Positions 13,401 to 23,724 of a stretch of 64,000 nt of DNA are shown here, in pieces; positions within the stretch are counted from its first letter, which is position 1; every line of letters starts with the position of its first letter. A program made the translations under genes and the position numbers. Source of the DNA: Nemertoderma westbladi. Lineage: Eukaryota > Animalia > Xenacoelomorpha. The notes beneath the pieces are model-generated. The model was given only the letters and a program-made list of their open reading frames with translations, had not been told where the DNA came from and did no database searches. The stretch lies in assembly GCA_032718475.1 (NCBI GenBank), contig JAUCBJ010001077.1, positions 1 through 64,000 of the forward strand. Reading direction: 5' to 3'.

Positions 13401-14184
13401 GAATTCGCTCTTGGTCCGCGAGTTGTCCGGGGCCCGTTGGCACTCGTCGTACAAAGTCATCCATGGCCTGCTCAACAATGTCATTGACTAGATCCTTCAT
13501 CAACAAATAGTCCTGGCGTTGCCATGGTTCATATGAATCAACCCCAAGTTCCCCCATATAAGGCCTACCAAATCTCCTGTCGTAGTCTAAAAGTTCGGCC
13601 TTCAATTGTCTTACCCTTTCTTCACTCTCAGGAATCATCGCTTTAACATTTTCAACTAAATCATCGATAGTTTGGAGTCTTTCATCAGGTTCTGTCAACG
13701 AGTCATCAAAATCAGCGAAATAATCAGAATTTCCATTCTGTGAAAGCAAATGTTTTCTTTCTTCTAATAAACGCTGTCTCTGTTCAATCAGTTCCTTTTT
13801 CTTTTTTTGTAATCTCCTCACGGACTCTTCTTTTCTATCTACGCTCTCTTCGTGTTTTCGTAGTCTCTCTGTCATTAGGGTCTCTATCAAAGGCGGGTTT
13901 GGCGATGGTTTTTCCCCCGTTTGGGGTTTCATTCTGTGGGTTGTATGAGCGACAGCGTTTATTCCGTATGCCCGTTGTAGCTCGGCGCCTAGATAGGTAC
14001 CATGTAACTGCTCTGTTACGAACTCCTGTGCTTTATCAAACTTTCTCTGCTTCTTGGCCCATCGTTTAGCTTCCACGTGTCCATCGATTATGTCGCCAAG
14101 TTTGCCCAATTCGTGTTGCACAGAGGCCAGTTGGTCGCGTTTCTTCTCCAAATATATATCCAATTTTCCCGGAATTGCAGCCAT
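10423..14184 (-). CDS. Uncharacterised 1253-aa protein: N-terminal coiled coil, central WD40-like beta-propeller, Pro/Ala-rich C-terminus; intronless
   Basis: 3.76-kb uninterrupted ORF; WD-like blades FLAVGTMHGDVLVYDL, ISFSLDGTRLATVNNNGSLRLWSL, HKNPLVHIGF..MVSVDDKGYIFFWRY; poly-Pro tail. Confidence 0.9.
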   Translation of the reverse strand: MAAIPGKLDIYLEKKRDQLASVQHELGKLGDIIDGHVEAKRWAKKQRKFDKAQEFVTEQLHGTYLGAELQRAYGINAVAHTTHRMKPQTGEKPSPNPPLIETLMTERLRKHEESVDRKEESVRRLQKKKKELIEQRQRLLEERKHLLSQNGNSDYFADFDDSLTEPDERLQTIDDLVENVKAMIPESEERVRQLKAELLDYDRRFGRPYMGELGVDSYEPWQRQDYLLMKDLVNDIVEQAMDDFVRRVPTGPGQLADQERILANSRTQVAEFKMAAVKQKVTQLICEEIIILETRNLAEEVVREYISLNLLSAASASDLVIGTTETLTTGNEEGRTDKEDLTYNLVTKAYHRMTADRNERRAKLWLHTQYLLHVKPDRQSDAQEDDVEYTDYLGIEPFKTKDDETYTIMYKEYCEREVIYWSNLIPTSIRLNVTLKTAGVSCGCVNHTQRFLAVGTMHGDVLVYDLHVYPPLVYRYVTNENKENDPVRKISFSLDGTRLATVNNNGSLRLWSLVNGEISAERAATLGLGPDEEGFLPEELQLLVELFPDKGDFVFQEGPLASAGSVGTEILKPRMAVFHTSLTLLGSQNNLALGMENGDILRCELEDLLLDPTSQTGRTIRPIFDDVINEPNFLGEDLEAELFRAHKNPLVHIGFVNNLGPMVSVDDKGYIFFWRYSRDAISNYEWFEPESKQRIVFAERIFEPVPNKEPKILFSAKPIDKKKRKTMPSTPERRNRADNYIDEQELGKPWAVSVDPKTSVTTYIYKVKDPAPTGSPFSIIKRNKNNDLIYFSKEFYRPAKLAATKLLHVRATPDGSKLVFGLLIPANGPRKAHITFLLYDLVEKDLEDWRIDLDLSAAEYQEAEKPTMVNFDVTRTHDCLRTPYLICNILGSLYGYSLTTGNLVMACLNNGFDGLNLTSLQAEVASNARLVVANRRGAYQIITFAPGQNYIDLINLEDRNDVTERQDVWRTFKMLQMSPYIDLPPKLAQFSQLPEQVAVTHPRNLDQSSFYNIEHWCFSLVLSIMDDVIQETDGEYPTDIKEMYELLNDLQPYDDLDMDVFLGDTEQASEIGSRGVADIGRKKELDQILGKARTLSRTFSDPTRGGVFVSERPSDLMRSTAPGIVDTDVVKRKTSQQQPPPPPGSGGLQPIPEGGTQSVQGGGSTANLQEPTNSNTLPVQQDEPPPPPTTPSVAQPPPPTPGAPTPPPTTGAAAAAPPPPPPLATAAPPPTTGAAPPPPDASQPPPPPPPANA

Positions 14185-14794
14185 GATCTTAACTGTTGTT
14201 AAGTATTATACAATATTATCTATCATATTTAAAAAATAATATTACAAAGGGTTAACTTTAGTATTGATATAAAATATTGTATTATTTAGTTACACGTAAA
14301 ACAAATTAATTTAATTTAACTATATTTTCGATATCTTTATTATTATGGAAAATATTTGAATGCCGACAAAACTTAACTTAATGGTTTGCCAAGTCGAAAA
14401 AGAATACTGGGAAATTTGCCATAATATCAAAGTTACCATAGTGAACAAACCAAAGAATACAGTAGGTATACACAGTACGTACTTGGTAAGTCTATAAACT
14501 CAGTCCGAAGTTTAAGAGCTAAATTAACAACCAAATTAGTTAAGCCGGCGTGGGAGAAATCAACCCTACAGTACCGGTAGTCCCAAAAAAGATTATCAAA
14601 CAAAAAACTAGTTTCACTCTATGAACCACCAAAATCTTTCCGAGTTCACCGTTTTTATAGTTTATGGGTACAATATTATTATTAAGTTCGATATGTTCCA
14701 TTTCTCCTAAAATAGTTACACGGGAACGTAAACTAAATTTTAATTTTATGTAAATTTAACTTAATTAACTAAGTTTCCTAGAAAGGATGTTAAA

Positions 14795-14940
14795 ACATTA
14801 CGTTACGGTATCTTTTCAGGAATACCGTAGCTCAATATTTTTCCCTAACGTAAACCGTAACGCAATAGCTTTTTCAATACCGTAACGTAATTTTACTGTA
14901 TATTTTTTCCGTAAACCGTAACGTAATAGCGTAATATTTG
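14795..14940. repeat. Dispersed repeat rich in ACCGTAACGTAA motifs (second copy at about 16455-16590)
   Basis: attacgttacggta...ccgtaacgtaa motif clusters at both sites in the same orientation. Confidence 0.55.
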
Positions 14941-17466
14941 TTTTAGCTACCAAGCAATCATTTTAGACAAAAAGTAAATCTTTGGACAAAAAACTTTCAC
15001 TTGCATGTTCTAGCTAATTCAATATAAAGTTAATTGCTTTAATAGGTTTAGTTTGTCTGTACAGTACACGGTCTTCAGCTTCCTGGCATCTCCTGTTATT
15101 TATGATGAAGTCCCCCTATCAATATTGCCAAGTCTAATTCTACGGCGCACTTATTGAGTATAGGCTACTTAACAAGTACAACAACACAAAAACAACATAA
15201 ACATACATACATAAACATACATAAACATACATAAACATAAACATAAACTACTACATAATCTAAACTATATAATGATACATGACCTAAATAATGGTTTGAG
15301 GACTCATCTGTTTAGAGTTCCAGCGACACTATTAAAATTCGACCAATCTGAAGGCGACTAAATACAGAGTTCTAGAACACAATAATTATCGCGCTGAGTT
15401 TCAACTCACAAAATTTCTGAGTTAATTTCAAGATTAATAAATTCATAGTTTATTATAAGGAAAATAATAATAACGTTTTATTTATTTGTGTGGAAGTATT
15501 TTCGCACTGCCTAAAATCTCCAGGGCGACATATTTTCAAACTTTATATCGCAGTGCGACATTATCTATCAGTATGTCCCTACGCCATACATTTTACTATG
15601 TATTTCCAGTAGGCCCCCTATATCCAGTATGTAACCGCGTCATTATTAGGTTGTTCTAGAAAGTTTGAGTGCAAAACTACAAATAATTCCCAACAAATAA
15701 ATATATAAGTAAATAGAGTTCAGAGGCAGGATCCAATCTCTGCCTCTCGCGATCTAAGTTCCTAACTAAGTATTGCACCGCAGTAGCATCGCTATGACTG
15801 CGTCAATAATATCGGTGCTCAACCGAAGACGGGAGTTCATGCAAAAGGTACCTGGGGCCGGAAAATATTCGCTCAACGCTTACTTCAGTGACTGGTAAAG
15901 GGGCCGTGCAAAAACGATGTCACGGTCGAAGGGATGGGGGGGGGGGGTTGCAATTTGTGACATGGGGAGGGGGGGGGGGGGGGGGTAGATATACTTGTGA
16001 CGTCACAATAGTACTTTGGTGAACAAATAAAATGCACAACACCAACATCAACAGCCAAAGTGAAATCTATTCAAGTAATCGCAAATCGAGGTGATGAAGT
16101 GTTAATTCTAAGTGGCGATAAAGATGAAGAACACCACATTGACTGGGTAGATAAGGACGAGGTAGAGTTAGACTCAGGAAGTGGCACAATAGTCGGTCGT
16201 ATACCTGGTGCACTTCAGGTGATCGATGTCGAAACTCAGATGTCGTCATTCCGATGGGACTGAATATGTGGGATGTCTTCCTTGTTTAGTCATTGTGCAC
16301 AGCTGAATTAATGAAGTATTAATTGCCATTTAGTATTAATAACATAATAAGTTCATTGCAATTTCAAAACATTGAACCTATAATTTTCCAATTTTTAGAC
16401 AAAAATAGGATGAAACTTTAAATATCTCTTTGTGGTCCTATGGCAATCTGAACCGGTTATTACGTTACGGTAATTTCGGTAATACGCAATTATTTTTTCG
16501 GAATACAGTAACGTAACGTAATTTGAAAATTATTCCGTAATGTAATATCGTAACGTAAAAAGTTCAGTTTGTTCAACCGTAACGTAATACCAACGAGTTA
16601 AAATTGAAAATGTATTAATTTCAGAGATTCCTTTAAATATAAAACATCTAGTTAATATTTAATTATATTTAATAATTATGTTCTATGTCCATTATAATAT
16701 GTCAATTATGTCCATTATATTTAATTAAATTGATAAAACACAAAGTCACAATAGCTATTTTAGTTATAATCTTATTATTACTATTTTATGCAATTAATAT
16801 GAGGAAATTTCTGTAAATATTTTCTATTAAAACTTCATATAATAAATTAATAAAATAAGAAATTTACGGAAAAAATGTCGAGAAAATTTCCTTACATTTA
16901 CTGACTCCTATCCCTAATCTTACCAAACGTAAAAAGTTATTTTAGATGCTCCTATACCTACAGTGTTAGAAAATATTTCCATTTTCGAATAAAATATGTT
17001 ATTAAATTCAATAAAAGCAGAAGATATAAACAATAATGTCCGGTTGTAATTATTGCGTTAATTCGACATATAATGTACAATGTGGATATAAAAATATGAA
17101 AAATACACAATGTCTATGCCTCTCAATTAATTGATATGCTTAAATATAATAAAACTCTCAATAAAGCATCCATAACCGCAGCTGGCAAACAAAATAATAA
17201 ATAATAATAAAGTACTAACTATATATTATGTTCAGGCTACTTTTCCAAGAGTTCAACTGATTGTTGCTAAAAAATATGTATCTTTATCCAGTTTTTGTTT
17301 TAAATAACCCTACGTTCGTTTGTGTTTCAAAAATAATTTACACATCGGATATACTGTACAGTACATTCTCTGGGCCTATATACTGTAGGATTCAAGTGAG
17401 AGAATCAGAAAGTCACTTTGGATAAGAAATTAATTAGAATTTGATTACGATCAGAAGAAAAACTTT

Positions 17467-17763
17467 TTAACGAAATACAGATGAAAACCGGTTCGCCACA
17501 TATTTTACAGTCCAAAATAGCCACATTGAAATAATAGCCAAGATGTATCCTATGGCAACACCACATAAAAGATTTCTACCATCCTCAGTAGAATAAAGCC
17601 AATTCCACCATGAAGTAGAAATCGTATCGCTCTTTATAACAATGTCTTCTTTGGGAGTCTCTTGTAGGGTGATTGGTTGTTTGGTTTCCGGTAGTAGAAT
17701 CATTTCCTGCTGGTTCATTAATGTTCGTCTCTTTACATGACATGTTGGAATTTCGACAGATTT
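17467..17763 (-). CDS. Terminal exon of a putative tail-anchored membrane protein gene
   Basis: tttttag| acceptor, phase 0, open frame KSVEIP...LLCGVAIGYILAIISMWLFWTVKYVANRFSSVFR* with one C-terminal hydrophobic helix. Confidence 0.6.
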   Translation of the reverse strand, partial: KSVEIPTCHVKRRTLMNQQEMILLPETKQPITLQETPKEDIVIKSDTISTSWWNWLYSTEDGRNLLCGVAIGYILAIISMWLFWTVKYVANRFSSVFR

Positions 17764-17929
17764 CTAAAAAGAAAGTTACTAAAGGTTCATCTCGGGTGGT
17801 CTTGAATGTACAAGGATATACATAATATATCATAGAGATACATAGAGTTGTCTGCAAAGGCAAGTTGCTAATAATGCATTCCAAATAATAAACGCTGATG
17901 GCGTAAAATATTTCATTTCAATTACTAAC

Positions 17930-18022
17930 GTATGTTAATAATGGGGGGCCTTGATGCACTTGTTGAGCAAGATAAGGTTGTTCGTTTGCTTTTCCATCTA
18001 CTGCAGTGTTGTGATTTTCTTT
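17930..18022 (-). CDS. Internal exon of the putative tail-anchored protein gene
   Basis: ttctgtag| ... |gttagt, 93 nt, phase 0-0, KENHNTAVDGKANEQPYLAQQVHQGPPLLTY. Confidence 0.5.
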
Positions 18023-18149
18023 CTACAGAAAATTAAGTTAAAAACATATTAATAATTATATTTTTCCAGGATATTCTTTTTAATTTCTCGGGTAAACAGG
18101 AACACATGAGGTAAACCAATCCCTGTACTCTCTTTTCGTTAACTGTGGT

Positions 18150-20290
18150 CGTGTATGGCGTATACGCCCTGTGGGCGTGTGGGCGTATATGCAGCTCTGT
18201 ATAAGACTGTAGTGCATTTACACTTCGACCCTTCTCCAGTGATCACCGCTTAGCTGATCAAGGTAAGATTTAATCTCCGCTCTAGCAGAATTACGAAATC
18301 TACCTTGCCACGACATGACTGGTCCTCTCTGTTCAAACAGCCAAGTGTGGGATCCAGCTTCACACTACAGCTGAGCAACAGGTATGAGGTTCTTGCTTCT
18401 GAGGCGGCAGATCACTGCGAGGGCTATACTGCCTTCACAGAAGCAGTTAAGTTAGCAGCTGCAGAAACAGTTTCTGTATAATCTCGACCGACTGACCACA
18501 GAATTCGGAAGTGCCGAAATGACCTCTCTAAGGCGCAGAATGAGTGCAGTTAAGGATGAGGACAGCCAAGGATGCAGTTAAGGCTGCATCTAGGTACCTT
18601 AACATGCAGTACTCTCATAATCTGAAGGGGCTTATCATCAATAGCAGGCAATCAACCCAGGCATGGCAATCAATAAACCAGCTCACTGTGAGGAAAAGTC
18701 AACCAACCACCAAGGTTAAGGCTGAATCTCCAGCTGAGAAGGTTGGAAGGACCACTTTGAGAAGCTTCTAAACAATGACAGGGTATTTCCTGATACTTTG
18801 AGGTGCATTGTGTATCTGAGTCTGTATCTCACATATATCCCCATGATTGGTGACATATCCTTTGCTGAAATCAAGACGAGATCAAGAAATTAAGAAATCA
18901 AGAGTAGATGGCGTGGCCCCCTGAGGTGTTTAAAATTCCTGAGTGTGTGTAGCTCATTCACCCCATTATTGTGGACATGTATAGGACAAAGAGAGTCTCT
19001 CGGGAACTAAAAACAAATAAGTTGGTCCCAGCCCCAAAGAAGGGCAACCTAAAAAAACGTGGATCTTTTCGTGGAATCTCATTAATCTCGATTGTTGCAA
19101 AGCTATACAACAGAATTCTATTAAATCGCATCAGGTATCCTGGTGAGAGACTGTTCCCGTGAGAACCAAAATTGATTCCGTAAAGGTCGTGGGACCGTGG
19201 AGTCTATTCTGGCATTTAGAAGGATAATCAATAAAGTTATCAATAAAGAAAGACAGACAACTGGCTATTATCTTTGTTGACTTCTTTAAAGCCTTCGACT
19301 CAGTCTCCCGACCACGTATGTTCAGCATACTGGCATCATATAGGATTCCTGAGGAAATTATTGCAGCTATCAGATCACTGTACGATGGTTCCACCTCGTT
19401 TGTGTCTACTGCTGATGGTGACACAGATCCATTTGAAGTCGTATGGGCAGTCCTCCAGGGAGACACACTTGTACCATTCTTATTCGTAATTGTGATTGAT
19501 TATGTTCTACGCATGTCCTTAGACCATCTTAATAAAGATGGGGTGACGGTAACACCCCCTACTGGCACAAGAAGTAGAGGGAATCCAGCAAAGTACCTTA
19601 CTGATCTAGACTTTGCTGATGAATTAGGGGTAGGTCTACTGTCAGAATCACTAGAGGAAGCCCAAAGGCTCCTCTGCTCATTAGAGAAGGTTGCTTCTAG
19701 TGTTGGACTTTTTGTAAATTCAAAGAAGACCCAAATCATGACAGTCAATGATCAATCAAAAGGGATGATGGATCAGAAAGTCAGGTGAAGACCTTCGGAT
19801 ACGTAAGGGGAAGGCATGGGCAGCGTTAAATAGTCTGTCCAGGATTTGGAAGTACCATAGAACAAAATGGAACCTTAAGGTTCGATTATTTATGGCAGCA
19901 GTAAAACCAGTACTCTTATATGAGAGTCCATGCTGGGTTCTAACTGCAGAGGATACCAATCTCTCGTTGGCACTTTCACAAGAACACTGCGCGGGTTCAT
20001 TGTGTCAAAGACAATGAACACATCTCCAATCAGACTCTATACAACATTGGAGGTGTTCCAATAATCTCCCCTAGCTTGACACTTGAACGGAAAACGGAAC
20101 CGCATCCGCTTTGTAGGACGTTGCTTTCTCTAAGAGGACCAGCCAGTGCATAATCTTGTGCTTTGGCGCCCTCATGGAGCGAATAATTGGTAGACGGCTG
20201 GCCATGGAGATGCGGATGATCTAGCAAATGTCATGGGTGATAGGGAGTTGTGGTGAAATTTTGTCGATCGTGCCGATCGTAGTAATCGTA
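18150..20290 (+). mobile_element. Degenerate RTE-clade non-LTR retrotransposon (endonuclease end plus RT, multiple frameshifts), intronic
   Basis: RT fragments FRGISLISIVAKLYNRILLNRI, VLQGDTLVPFLFVIVIDY, YLTDLDFADE; 3' part matches the fragment at 47728-47975. Confidence 0.88.
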
Positions 20291-20415
20291 TGGCGTGGAG
20301 GGGACAGCGTTTACTGCCAAGGTTGAAAACTCATCGCTATATATTTAAGCCTTTTCTTCATCCCTCAAGTAGTTTGGGGTAGAAAAAGTTCGCGTTTATA
20401 TTTCAATTTACTTAC

Positions 20416-20550
20416 GTATGAGGGAGTAGAGACATAATTATTTGAAGCTGCATTCGTATGCTTTAAATCAGAGCATACGGACAAATTCGGTTGAGATTTC
20501 AATTCAACATCTGGTGATTTCAAAGGTAACGATTTATGAAAATTTGTATT
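20416..20550 (-). CDS. Internal exon of the putative tail-anchored protein gene
   Basis: tttttacag| ... |gtaagt, 135 nt, phase 0-0, NTNFHKSLPLKSPDVE...STPSY. Confidence 0.55.
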
Positions 20551-20780
20551 CTGTAAAAATAAATAAATTAAAAATCTAAAGTTTATAGTTTTGAGCAAAA
20601 TTCACATGAACTATGAAGTTTAAATAATTCAATTTAATTAAGTTAAATAAACATAAAATTAGCAAAATGGTTTGCAATAATACATAATGCTTGTCAAGAA
20701 TATTTAATGGTGGATGCTATGATTGCTTATTAAAACTCAAAAATAAATTTTCCCTACCCAATTAATAAATAATAATATAC

Positions 20781-20898
20781 CTGGGGTATTTTTACTCTAT
20801 TAATATAGGAAATGGCTTCTTTCGTTGCTCTGGGATACAACCGTGAAGTCGATAAGTTTGGAATACTTCCTGGCTTTGCCAAGCCATTCCTAAAAGGT
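20781..20898 (-). CDS. Internal exon of the putative tail-anchored protein gene
   Basis: tttttag| ... cag|gtat, 118 nt, phase 2-0, PFRNGLAKPGSIPNLSTSRLYPRATKEAISYINRVKIPQ. Confidence 0.55.
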
Positions 20899-21275
20899 CT
20901 AAAAACATTATATTATTACTTTATTTACCTTATTACATTATTTAATGTAACGACACGAACTATAAATGTATTTTAATAAAAAAAATAGTTGGGCATACTG
21001 ATAGTCTCTGATTCGAAAACGGATAATATCATAATCTTGTGAGGGTGGATTTTTTATAGTCTTAACCGTTAACAGACATCCGACAACCGTTGTTAAGGTT
21101 AATGGAAATGAGAGACATTGGAAGTCTATTGTAACCAAAACAATAAACGATAGTCATGAGAACAGAAAATAAAACCAAAGAAAATAATGAAAACAACTCT
21201 ATACGCCTTACTAATTATTAATTAATTATTGGTAATTAACTAATTATTGCACTATATTTAGAGATTCTTACTTAC

Positions 21276-21475
21276 TGAAGGGATTGATTGGTTGAGTAAT
21301 ACCTTCCATTGTGCGACATATTATAACCTCCAGTATAGAAGGAGTCATACGAACGGAAGTTGGGGGGTCTACCGAATTCTCCGTCGCTGGGGTGATTAAC
21401 CATCCGAGTCGGTCGGCGGACATCGTCTGCACCACAATTATGAAATGATGAGTTCACTAACGTTATTCTTTCGAT
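21276..21475 (-). CDS. Upstream exon of the putative tail-anchored protein gene
   Basis: Open frame ...SDGEFGRPPNFRSYDSFYTGGYNMSHNGRYYSTNQSL ending ca|gtaagt (phase 2), compatible with the next exon; the 5' boundary is uncertain. Confidence 0.5.
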
Positions 21476-22139
21476 CTATATCTATAAACCAATTAAAGGC
21501 CCGGGCCTATCCCGGTTTGAAATTGAAATTGAATTGAAGTTTTTTAAATTAATATCATTAACTACGATAATATGAAACGGGCTTCTTCTGTTTAATCTAT
21601 CCATTTAATTAATAAATGCTGTGCTTAATCGCTAGATCGGTGTCTCAGATTTGGTTCCAATTCATTGCAGATTTGGCTCTTATTAGCTTCCAAACATTCC
21701 CAAAGAGAACGATGACGACTGACTGTCCACTATTATACCGCTACACTTAAAGTTCACCTAAACTTCGTGCGTGGCTCGCCCCACATAAATTCTCATACAC
21801 CTCTGAAGCCTCAAACTAACAATGTTTATTACCCCACACTTGAGTACTGAGCCCAGGAATGGACATTAAACACAAAATATTGTTTATAAGTTTTAACTTA
21901 TATAGAATGTATAAACTATTAAATCATTTAAACAGGACTTAGATGATCAAACCAACACTCCATTTGCTCCTATCAAGCTCCATTTGCTATAGAGTTGGAT
22001 CCTACTTAGTCATGTTTAAATTCCTTAATAATAATTTAAACATTAAATATTATTGTCAGTGGGTTCGTATATCCTTACTGGTAACGCCACAGGGAAAAAT
22101 TACTATATGTTTTTGAAAGGTAAAGTAAAAGTAAATAAT

Positions 22140-22375
22140 AAGTTACGTTATCCTTTATGGCCATTAGGCAGGGAATTACGCAAAATCTGACGACTTATTT
22201 CCACTGTGGTCCCTCCTGAACTAATACTCCCCAGAGGAAACCCCAGTACTCATTTAGCTACCATTTAAGGACGCAAGGCAGATATGCGACCTGGCTAGTC
22301 CCTTTAAAGCATTCGTGCTGAAACGAAATCTCCCATGACGGCCATGCATCATAAAGGGATCGAACCTACGACCTA
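22140..22375 (-). mobile_element. Probable tRNA-derived SINE relic
   Basis: Pol III B-box GGTTCGATCCC (minus strand, 22356-22366) followed by a SINE-sized body; boundaries approximate. Confidence 0.4.
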
Positions 22376-22877
22376 CTGTACAAAAGGATGTGAATTCAAG
22401 TTCACCTTGAATTCTTGATATTTCTGGTGCGCGGCAAGAAAAAACCATACATGGGGATATCCACAAATAATAAGAAGTAACATCGCAACATATAATGTGG
22501 ATATCATAAACTCACCCATGGATCGACTAATTCGGCCAACTAAGCGAGCCGGGGAGGCGGACTCAGATCGCTGTCTCCGGGACCCACTCGCGTGACGCGA
22601 TCTACTCCGAGTCGATTCCGAACCACAAAACGGTTCCTCGTCCCTGTCGGATAGGAAAGTATATCGATAATGTCACTTAAACTACTACTGTATTTATCCT
22701 CTATAAATTATAAGTTCACGTTCACTGCCGAAGTAAGTCGTGGATGGTATAGTGAATGGCTCAATGTGATACCAAGGAATGTCTTCATGGAGATTGTCTG
22801 GAAAAGGATTGTCTGGAAAAGGGGTACATAGGTACATACTGTTACTCTAGCAAGGGAGTATTTATTGTGAGAATATA

Positions 22878-23431
22878 CGGTGGCCCACAATGGCCATCGT
22901 TTTCACAACAAAAACTCACTGATCATCTATGGTAAGTATCTGCCGTGAACATTGACGGCAAATTCAATCTGCTCTAAATTTCTGCCTTAAAAATGGGGAA
23001 ACTCCAATCTGCCGTGAATTTTCGGGGAATATTCCTATTGGCTATCTACAGTATGTTAATATTTTGTGACGGACTTTTTAATCATCATTTTGTTACCGGG
23101 AAACATCTTGCGTTGTCTTTTCAGTTCAAATTTAATTTAACGCTCTACATTCCTATAATTATAATTATACAATAAAAAACAATACAAAATAAACTGATAA
23201 AATATATATAATATATATATAAATATCTAATATAATATAATCTATATATAAATAAAATAAATTGAATTGCTGCAGCGGACAGAGGATGTAGCTCTACAAT
23301 GGTTACAACACGAAGTACGCCGCAAAATAATATACTGTAAGTATCACTGTATCGCCAATAGGAAATTTCCGTCAAATTTCACGGCATAAGTTCACTGAAT
23401 TTCCGCCAACGATGGCCGTTGTGGGCCACCG
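22878..23431. mobile_element. MITE with TIRs of about 22 bp and TA flanks
   Basis: ta|cggtggcccacaatggccatcg ... cgatggccgttgtgggccaccg|ta, with further subterminal inverted similarity. Confidence 0.85.
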
Positions 23432-23724
23432 TAGGAATATCTGTCAGACGATCGACGATCATATATCCCGTAAGCTCTGTCAGATGGCATAATTTATAAT
23501 TTATTAGTGGTATTTACTTCGGTTTCAACCTTGACAAAAAAAACCCAACGAAAATAATTATTGTAAAACTTTTTATTACAGATTCATATTATGTGTGTAT
23601 TCAGAAATAACACAATGCAAAATATAGATAAATGATAGGCCAGTCATGACTACTATAGATATCTTTAGTAGGTCATGGACCAGCCTACCGGTACTTTAGC
23701 GCACAATGAAGGCAAGTTATTTTT

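Noticed and set aside
22520-22660. GC-rich patch with TCCTCGT/TCCCCG, possible HDV-like ribozyme
   Set aside because: Could not build the P1/P2/P3 nested pseudoknot by eye; needs an RNArobo or Infernal search.
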